64,000 nucleotides of DNA from Thermomicrobiales bacterium. Lineage in GTDB: Bacteria > Chloroflexota > Chloroflexia > Thermomicrobiales > UBA6265. The notes under the pieces are model-generated. The model had not been told where the DNA came from. It did not search any database and saw nothing but the letters and a program-made list of their open reading frames with translations. A program made the translations under genes and the position numbers. How positions within the stretch are numbered: position 1 is the first letter of the stretch; each line of letters begins with the position of its first letter. Location of the stretch: contig JASGJI010000019.1 of the NCBI GenBank assembly GCA_049840815.1, positions 401,407-465,406 on the forward strand, given 5' to 3'. Of this stretch, positions 17,530 to 24,533 are shown one piece after another.

Positions 17530-20067
17530 CTAGTCCTCGTTGTCCGTCTTCACGGCGTCGGCAGCCTTCTCGGCAGCATCCTTCGCCGCATCCGCAGCGG
17601 CGGAGCCGACATGATGCGCCGTGCGTGGGGCGCGGTACCCGGAGCGCTCGGCGGCTTCGGCGTCCGGGAACCAGACCTCGGCGATGGTTCGCTCGTACGA
17701 CGAGGATTCGGGCGTGTGGTAGATGCCGGAGTTTGCGTTGCCCTTCACCAGCCAACCGTTCGGCGCATCTTCACCTTCGACGGCGGCGATCCAGTCAACT
17801 CCCTCCGTCTCGTCGGGACCGTGTCCTGTCGCGTGATGGGCCTCGGCTTCCTCGCGAATCACGTCCTCTGGCTCATCGGACACAGCGGCAACGGCGGCTT
17901 CCGCTGCATCCTGCGCGTATGCGACTGCCTGCGCCCCGGCATGATGGGCCGTGTGGGGGGCGCGGTACCCGGATCGCTCGGCAGCTTCGGCATCCGGGAA
18001 CCAGACCTCAGCGTGAGTGCGTTCGTAGGATGCCGATTCCGGGGTGTGATAGATGCCGGAGTCGGCGTTGCCCTTCACGACCCAGCCGTTCGGCGCATCC
18101 TCGCCCTCGACGTCAGCGGCCCAGTCGACGCCCTCGGTCTCGGCGGGTCCATGTCCCTTAGTTGGACGATCGTCGGAGGTGTCCTGCGTCGTGGCGCTGG
18201 TGGGGGCCTCCGCTGTCAGCGGTGTTGCGCCCTCGATGGTCGGGGGGACGCCATCGATCGCGGCCTGGGCGTTGGCTGCCGTCGACTCGACATCGCCCGA
18301 TGTCCATGCGCGGGCCAGATCGCCAGCTCCCGCCAGCTTGCCGGTCAGGGCGTTCCCGGCAATGGTGCGATCCGGATTGGTGGCATCCGCAACGACCTCG
18401 TCGGCATCTGACAGCGAGCCGGAGACGGCGTTCTCGGCGATCGATGCATCGCCGGAGAGCGGAGCCGGCGTCATGGCCTGGACAGCGTCGTCGCCTGAAA
18501 CACCCTCATCGGCGGACCCATCCTGCACGACCTCATCGGCTTCGTCAAGGTTGTCCGAAACGGCGTCGGCGGCGATGGTTGCGTCCCCGGCGTCCGTCGC
18601 GCCATCGAGGTCGGGAGCAGTGAGGTCCACGTCGCCCGTATCGCCAGGCGCGTCTGGCGAGTCGACGATTTCCTCCGCATCGACCAGGGCCTCCTCGGCG
18701 GCAGATTCGTCGATGACGTCGATGCGGGTGTCCCGCGATTCCCCGATCGTATCAGGGGTGGGGGAGTCGGCAGTTGGCAACTCGGCCATCACGGCGTCGT
18801 CAGAGGCGGGCGTGAAGCTGGCGATTGATGCGTCGTCGTCCTGGTCCGCAGGGGAATCCACCACGGGGTGTTCCGCCGGCGTGCCAAAGGCGTCGATGTC
18901 GGTCGCGTCGGTGGCATCCACGAGGGCGGCGAAGAGGTCGGATTCGGCCTGTTCGCCGTCATCGCCCGCAGGCTCCTCAGCCACGGCGTCCGCGGCGGAA
19001 TCCAGCGGCATGGCGGCGGATTCGTCTACCTCATAGTCGAGATCGGCGATCGTCTCCTCGTCGGCCAGGCCTTCGAAGGTGTCGCTCGCACCCTCGATCG
19101 TGACGTCGGAGGCATAGATCTCGGCCGGAAGCAGCGCGTCGTCGTCCGGGATGCTGTCGAAGAGATCGTCATCCTCATCGTCGTGGCCGGCAACGACGAC
19201 GAACCGTGACGCCGCGAGGTCGGTGGAGTCGGCTGGCGTCTCGGACGCCTCGGCGACGGGCTCTGCCGGTATGGTGTCGGCTTCACTGGTCGTGTCAGCG
19301 GCTTCGGGGTTGTCAAGGAAATGCTCCACCTTCGCGCGGAGATCCTCGAAGAAGCCTTCCCGGTGCTCCGCATGCGGTGTCTCGACATCGGGGGCCAGCT
19401 CACTGCGGTCATCCAGGCCCGGTGTCACGACGACCTCTGGCGTGAATTCGGAGTCGCTGGTTCCTGACTCCGAACGCGGCTCGTTCAGCAGCGGGGACGT
19501 CGCCATCTCGGCGGACCCGGCCAGCGGAAGGTCCGCGCTGGCCTCCGGCTCGATGGCCGGGCTGACCGTGCGGACGACACCGTTGATGTCTGGATCGGAG
19601 ACGTACAGCTCCTGCGCGAAGGCCTCTGCTTCCAGCGCCTCCGGGGATTCGTCGGCGGCCTCGTCGAGGAACGCGGCATCCTCCGCCTCGACGGACGCAC
19701 GCTCGTCGTCGCTCATGATGGCGTCGGCATCAGTATCGACATCCGGTGCATCGGCGTCGGGCACGATGCCGTCTTCAGCGTGAATGGAGGCCATCTCCTC
19801 GTCGCTGAGAACCGGGTCAGCGGCGGGTGTCGCGTCCTGCGGTGCATCGAGGAAGGCGTCCACGCGCTCCTTCATGTCATGGAAGAAGCCTTTGCCCCCG
19901 GCAGGCTCCTGGGTGGTCTCCGTGGCAAGGTCGGCATCGGGCAGGTCCGCAACGGGGGTGTTGATGCCGTCGTGTTCCTGGGTGGTCGTCTCCGCGACAG
20001 GTGCCGCCGGGACATCGGGGATCGTGGCGTTGACCTCGACGTCGGGCTGCGTCGCGTCGACGTCCAC
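17530..20067 (-). CDS. large acidic repeat protein, downstream (C-terminal) reading-frame segment
   Basis: ORF 17530..20067. It is extremely D/E/A/T-rich, has two amphipathic GFF.D.+.+V..FLD.P motifs and two C-terminal ~72-aa KGN..SGIYH...GYR modules. Its frame stays protein-like upstream to about 20290 without any ATG/GTG/TTG, so it is probably the continuation of the 19872..21620 ORF. Confidence 0.7.
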   Translation of the reverse strand: MDVDATQPDVEVNATIPDVPAAPVAETTTQEHDGINTPVADLPDADLATETTQEPAGGKGFFHDMKERVDAFLDAPQDATPAADPVLSDEEMASIHAEDGIVPDADAPDVDTDADAIMSDDERASVEAEDAAFLDEAADESPEALEAEAFAQELYVSDPDINGVVRTVSPAIEPEASADLPLAGSAEMATSPLLNEPRSESGTSDSEFTPEVVVTPGLDDRSELAPDVETPHAEHREGFFEDLRAKVEHFLDNPEAADTTSEADTIPAEPVAEASETPADSTDLAASRFVVVAGHDDEDDDLFDSIPDDDALLPAEIYASDVTIEGASDTFEGLADEETIADLDYEVDESAAMPLDSAADAVAEEPAGDDGEQAESDLFAALVDATDATDIDAFGTPAEHPVVDSPADQDDDASIASFTPASDDAVMAELPTADSPTPDTIGESRDTRIDVIDESAAEEALVDAEEIVDSPDAPGDTGDVDLTAPDLDGATDAGDATIAADAVSDNLDEADEVVQDGSADEGVSGDDAVQAMTPAPLSGDASIAENAVSGSLSDADEVVADATNPDRTIAGNALTGKLAGAGDLARAWTSGDVESTAANAQAAIDGVPPTIEGATPLTAEAPTSATTQDTSDDRPTKGHGPAETEGVDWAADVEGEDAPNGWVVKGNADSGIYHTPESASYERTHAEVWFPDAEAAERSGYRAPHTAHHAGAQAVAYAQDAAEAAVAAVSDEPEDVIREEAEAHHATGHGPDETEGVDWIAAVEGEDAPNGWLVKGNANSGIYHTPESSSYERTIAEVWFPDAEAAERSGYRAPRTAHHVGSAAADAAKDAAEKAADAVKTDNED
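17611..17826 (-). repeat. coding repeat, copy 3 of the KGN..SGIYH...AGYR module
   Basis: GHGPDETEGVDWIAAVEGEDAPNGWLVKGNANSGIYHTPESSSYERTIAEVWFPDAEAAERSGYRAPRTAHH. By hand alignment it has 37 mismatches in 216 nt, ungapped, against copy 2. Confidence 0.9.
17941..18156 (-). repeat. coding repeat, copy 2 of the KGN..SGIYH...AGYR module
   Basis: GHGPAETEGVDWAADVEGEDAPNGWVVKGNADSGIYHTPESASYERTHAEVWFPDAEAAERSGYRAPHTAHH. Confidence 0.9.
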
Positions 20068-21620
20068 CGTCGTTGGCGTGTCGGTCCTGGATGCGACAGC
20101 AGCGGCTCCCGCGATGGCTGCGCCCGTGGCGACGGTCGTGGTCGCGTCGGGGGTTGCGTTCTCGTCCGCCGGCTTGTCGAAGAAGGTGGTGAGGCGATTA
20201 CGCAGTTGGCCGAAGACGCCTGCCTTCGCTGCCGTCGCCGCTGGAGAGGCCGAATCCGTGCCGGAGTCGGCAGGGGCAGGGTACTCGCCGGTTCGTTGGC
20301 AGGAGTTGCCCCGAGTGTCGTGGCCGCGAAGGCCGGAGCGGCCGGAATTGCCGGCGTTGTCGTCTCAGGGGCTGCGGAGGGGACGGTGTCGGGCTCGGTA
20401 GCGACGACGTCCGAGGGCTCAGTCAGATTGAAAGAGTCGTCGCTGCTGAGATCGCCCGGCAGTTCGACAGGAGGCGCGGCATACTCCTCGTCCGCATCTT
20501 CGGATGCCTCCTCGGCGGCGTTGGCAAGCACGTCCCCGTCCTCTGGCTCGTCGCCGTCATCCTCGAAGCCTTCGAAGGAGTCAGATGGGAGGTCGGTGTA
20601 GCCGTGATCGTCGTACTCCTCCGCTTGCGCGGCGACTTCGGCGGCCTCGGCAGCGAGATCGGGGTCGGGCGAGTCGCCGATGGCGGCGGCGTCGCTGAGT
20701 GCCGTGGTGTCGGCGGCCCCTGAAGCCTCCGCCGACGTCGATTCGGTGGCGTCGCTCTCAGGCATCACGACGATGCCCCCTTCGCTGGCGGCGGGGATAC
20801 CTGCGTCAGAGAGGTCGAGGCCGGGCACCTCGGCGGCGATGGCGGGTGTTTCGATCGTCTCGTCCGGAGCATCGGACGCCGCGATCGCCGTGGTTGCGAT
20901 CGTGGCCGCAACCGGCGCGGCGGGCGGTGTGTACGGCGTCTCCCCGGTGGGCGGGGTGATGGGGAGTTCCGGATCAGGTTGGCCGAAATCGACCGCTGGT
21001 GTGCTGGCGTCCAGATCCGCCTGCGTGCCGCTCCAGGCGTTGGTCACACGTCCCTGAAGATCGGTGAAGGGGGTTTCGGAGGCAGCGACTCCCTGTCCGA
21101 GGTCGTTCTTTGTGGCGGAGACATGAACGGCGTCACCACGCACATCGACGATCTGGGCGGCCATGATGGCGATGGTCTTCGAGAAGAAGCGGCCGACGCG
21201 GACAGTGAGGACCTCATCGGTCCCATCCTCGACCTCGCCGATGCGCTCCCCATCAGCGCCGATCACGGCCATGCCCTCGGCGATGGTCCAGGAGTCGGTG
21301 CTCCCACTCGTCGCTGCGGCCGTCGCCGCCGGTGTGGCATCGGCTGCGACGTTCGGGACGATGGCCGCACCTTCGGGCAGGCTGCTCCAGGTGTCGCTGG
21401 TGGCGACATCCGACGTGACGTTGAGATGCACGGCCCCGCTGTCGATCCCCGCGATGGCGGAGACCGGCACGTAGTACTCCTTCGTCATGAAGAGGAACCC
21501 GTGCTTTACGATGAGGGCGCTTCCGGCGGACCCGGTGACTTCGCCGATCTTCTTGCCGTCGCTGCCGAGGACCTCCTGGCCCTCACGCACGACCCACGCT
21601 GTGGTGTCCGCGTCTGACAT
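19872..21620 (-). CDS. large acidic repeat protein, upstream (N-terminal) segment with two PRC-barrel/DUF2171-like domains
   Basis: ORF 19872..21908 trimmed to ATG 21620 (GGGGAGG 6 nt upstream). It has two copies of V.EG..V.G.DG..IGEV......L.V......K...V....I..... .VH(L/V). The sequence after about 20285 turns R/P/S-rich (out-of-frame look), consistent with a frameshift into the next ORF. Confidence 0.7.
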   Translation of the reverse strand: MSDADTTAWVVREGQEVLGSDGKKIGEVTGSAGSALIVKHGFLFMTKEYYVPVSAIAGIDSGAVHLNVTSDVATSDTWSSLPEGAAIVPNVAADATPAATAAATSGSTDSWTIAEGMAVIGADGERIGEVEDGTDEVLTVRVGRFFSKTIAIMAAQIVDVRGDAVHVSATKNDLGQGVAASETPFTDLQGRVTNAWSGTQADLDASTPAVDFGQPDPELPITPPTGETPYTPPAAPVAATIATTAIAASDAPDETIETPAIAAEVPGLDLSDAGIPAASEGGIVVMPESDATESTSAEASGAADTTALSDAAAIGDSPDPDLAAEAAEVAAQAEEYDDHGYTDLPSDSFEGFEDDGDEPEDGDVLANAAEEASEDADEEYAAPPVELPGDLSSDDSFNLTEPSDVVATEPDTVPSAAPETTTPAIPAAPAFAATTLGATPANEPASTLPLPTPARIRPLQRRRQRRQASSANCVIASPPSSTSRRTRTQPPTRPRPSPRAQPSREPLLSHPGPTRQRRWTSTRRSPTSRSTPRSPMSRRHLSRRRPPRNTTASTPPLRTCPMPTLPRRPPRSLPGAKASSMT

Positions 21621-21982
21621 TGCTCGCCTCCCCTGATGCCGGGCGCCGATGGCGCATAGTCCCGAACGACGTGTTTGCGAACGATCCGGATACCGAATCC
21701 CCTCCGGTGCGTGGTGTTCCGGGTGAACTGGAACCGTCGTCGCGCCGGCACGGGTATTGCCTGCTTCTACTCTACCTGAGCCATGGCGTTTTCGATAATC
21801 ACCGGAAGCGAAATCCATGAGCTTTTCGCGGAGATCGTCGGCGTGAGTGGCCGAATGATGGCCTGATCCCTTGCATTTCATGGGCCACGCCTCCTTTGCC
21901 TCGCACAAACAACGACCGCACCCGGAAGTCCCGGATGCGGTCGTCTTTTGTCGTAGTTGCCGTGGCCAGGAAGGCGCGAGGA

Positions 21983-23719
21983 TTACTCCTCGGAGACGGC
22001 AGCCTCGGCGGCGGCCTTCGCAGCGCTTGCTGCGGTCTCGCCCACCTTCGGCATGTTCTTCGGCGCGCGGTAGCCAGCGCGCTCGGCAGCCTCGGCGTCC
22101 GGGAACCAGACCTCAGCGACGGTGTTCTCGTACGCCGGGGATTCCGGGGTGTGATAGATGCCGGAATCGGCGTTGCCCTTCACCACCCAGCCGTTCGGCG
22201 CATCCTCGCCCTCGACGGCGGCGACCCAGTCGTTGCCCTCGGACTCGGACGGGCCGGCGGACTTGGCCTTGCGGGCGGGCTTCGCGGCGGGGGCCTCTTC
22301 GGTCTCGGCGGACGCATCGGAGACGATCTCGGCATCGACGATGCCGTCGTTCTCGGTCTCGATCGCGACCGGCTCCGGAGCGACCCAGCCGTTGATGACC
22401 GCGCCCTTGCCCTCGGTGGCCTGCTCGATCAGGTGATCCTGGAGCTTGCGGTCGAACAGCTCGCTCTGGAGCATGTTCTTGAAGTAGTCGGACTTGTAGA
22501 TCTCGCGGAGGCGCTGGGCCTGGGCCTCGCCTTCCTCCCCGGAGACGGCGCCGGCGTTCGCCCCGATCAGGCGTTCGATCTCGGCGTCGATGTCCTCGTC
22601 CGTGACCTCAACGCCTTCCTTCGTCGCGTACTCGCGCAGCAGGAGGGAGTTGCGCAGGCGGCGCTCCGACTCCGGGAAGAGGGAGTCGTGCAGGCTGGCC
22701 TCGGTCTGGCCACGGGATGCGAGGAAGGCCTCGAACGGCATGCCGTTACGGGCGGCGTCCTGCTTGAGGTGCTCCAGCTGGTGGTGCACTTCGTCGTGGA
22801 TCATCTCGTGAGGCAGGTCGATCGGAGAGGTCTCCGCCAGCTTCTCGATGATCTGGTTCACGATGTCGTTGCGGGCGTCGTTGGTCTTGCCCTGGTGGAT
22901 GTCATCGCGGATCTGCTGGATGAGATCGTCCAGCGACTCGGCGTCCGCGACATCCTTCGCGAACTCATCGTCCAGCGCCAGGAGCTCGCGCTCCTTGATG
23001 CCCTTCAGGGTCACGGTATAGGAGAGGGTCTTGCCGCGGATGGAGGAATCGGCGGTCTCGTCGTCCTCCCCGAAGGCGATATCGAAGCTGGCGGACTCAC
23101 CGACGTGCAGCTTCTCGATCTCTGCCTTCAGCTGCGCAAGCAGGTTCGTCTCGCCGAGCACGAAGACCGCGTCCTCGATCGGCTCCTGGAACGGCTCGCC
23201 GTCATCCGTCACGGCGTAGTCGACCGTCACCTGGTCACCATCGACCGGGGTGCGCTCTTCCTTGGGATCGGCCCACGGGCTCTGGGAGCGCTGCAGGCGG
23301 TCGATGACCTCCTGCACGTCCTCGTCGCTGACGGCGGCATCGACCGGCTCGACGCGAATACCGGCGTAGTCGCCCAACTCGACCGTCGGGTAGACGGCGA
23401 CGGTGACGACGAAGTTGAGCGGCTCGAAGTCCTTGATCTCGACCTGAGGATCACCGACCGGCACCAGGCTCTCCTGGGAGAGGGCTGCGCGGTAGAGCTT
23501 CTCCATCAGTTCGTCGGCGGCCTCGCGGGCGAAGACATCCGGCCCGTACATGCGCTCGATCATCGCGCGCGGGGCCTTGCCCTTCCGGAAGCCCGGAACC
23601 TGGATGTCCTTGCTCACCTTGCGGACGGCGACCTGCAACGCCTCCTGGTACTCGGCGTCTTCGGAGGTAATGTCGAGCACGGCGATGCTGCCGCTATTCC
23701 GTTCAACCGAAAGTTTCAC
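21983..23719 (-). CDS. tig: trigger factor (peptidyl-prolyl isomerase) with non-canonical C-terminal extension
   Basis: ORF 21983..23854. The likely start is GTG 23719 (VKLSVERNSGSIAVLDI...), which matches the canonical Tig N-terminus. PGFRKGKAPR is the ribosome-binding signature. ATG 23779 is an alternative start. Confidence 0.9.
   Translation of the reverse strand: MKLSVERNSGSIAVLDITSEDAEYQEALQVAVRKVSKDIQVPGFRKGKAPRAMIERMYGPDVFAREAADELMEKLYRAALSQESLVPVGDPQVEIKDFEPLNFVVTVAVYPTVELGDYAGIRVEPVDAAVSDEDVQEVIDRLQRSQSPWADPKEERTPVDGDQVTVDYAVTDDGEPFQEPIEDAVFVLGETNLLAQLKAEIEKLHVGESASFDIAFGEDDETADSSIRGKTLSYTVTLKGIKERELLALDDEFAKDVADAESLDDLIQQIRDDIHQGKTNDARNDIVNQIIEKLAETSPIDLPHEMIHDEVHHQLEHLKQDAARNGMPFEAFLASRGQTEASLHDSLFPESERRLRNSLLLREYATKEGVEVTDEDIDAEIERLIGANAGAVSGEEGEAQAQRLREIYKSDYFKNMLQSELFDRKLQDHLIEQATEGKGAVINGWVAPEPVAIETENDGIVDAEIVSDASAETEEAPAAKPARKAKSAGPSESEGNDWVAAVEGEDAPNGWVVKGNADSGIYHTPESPAYENTVAEVWFPDAEAAERAGYRAPKNMPKVGETAASAAKAAAEAAVSEE
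22058..22240 (-). repeat. coding repeat, copy 1 of the same module, at the C-terminus of trigger factor
   Basis: EGNDWVAAVEGEDAPNGWVVKGNADSGIYHTPESPAYENTVAEVWFPDAEAAERAGYRAPK. Positions 22140-22217 are 76/78 identical to 18035-18112. Confidence 0.9.
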
Positions 23720-24533
23720 GCTGGACGCATCCCTTCTCGTGGTGGTGCTCTGTGCTTGCGACCAGGAGCGGCGAATCATCGCCGGCCTGGCTGCTTCGCT
23801 GTCCGCTTGACGGGGGAGCCACCCGGCTCCCGGCGATGACGTCAAGCGGAGCATGCATGCCCGATGCTGGTTGGCTGGATGACGTGACGGGATCGTAGAG
23901 CGTTCGACGCGAAGTCGTCCGTCCGTGACCGCTCAGTCACGGCGTCGAATCGGGAGCGATCCGGACTGTCATGCCGTGGTCACAATGAATGTCCGCCAGC
24001 CAGCGGCATTTCCAAAGGCGGAGTATACCACTCGACGGAATGTGCGCACCGGACTGTTCCGGCCAGTCAAAAGCCGGGAATGGCGGGCATTCTCTCCATG
24101 ATCGGAGATGCAATGATTGCATGTACGGAGTGCCCGAACAAAGCGTACGTTCACATTGTCACCCCCATACTTGGATGGTATCGTCGGTGCAGGCATCGAT
24201 CCGGAGCGTTGAGGACCCAATGAGGGGCTCCTCGCTGGTGGATGTACGGACGATCTTTACACCGGCGGGCTGACGCGGCATTCGACCGAGCGCCGCGATT
24301 CCGGTGGAAGCGTTTCGGCGGGATGACTGTTCGATCACTTTCAGGATGTTCGGGATCGGTGGCAAGCGGGTCGATGGTCCGTCTTGCCCATGTGGTGCCT
24401 TCGGATGGACACGGTTGCGGAGGATGGAGCTCCCCGATCGTGCGAGGGCCTGCATGCGGGAGTGGCTGCCACTGCGGTGGTTGTCGCTCCGGTCGGTTTC
24501 GGACATCACGGTTGCATCAGGAGGGAAGGCGCG

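Noticed and set aside
19872-20285. R/P/S/T-rich 140-aa tail of ORF 19872..21908 as genuine protein sequence
   Set aside because: The composition switches abruptly from acidic to Arg-rich. The overlapping frame carries a conserved motif that is repeated downstream. I interpret the tail as an out-of-frame read-through after a frameshift.
23855-24533. 680-bp lower-GC gap between tig and the SH3b-M23 gene, checked for an sRNA, tRNA or small gene (ORFs 23937..24122, 23969..24220, 23989..24273)
   Set aside because: The ORFs have no RBS and no protein-like composition, and I found no cloverleaf or known RNA motif. It is most simply a divergent promoter region.
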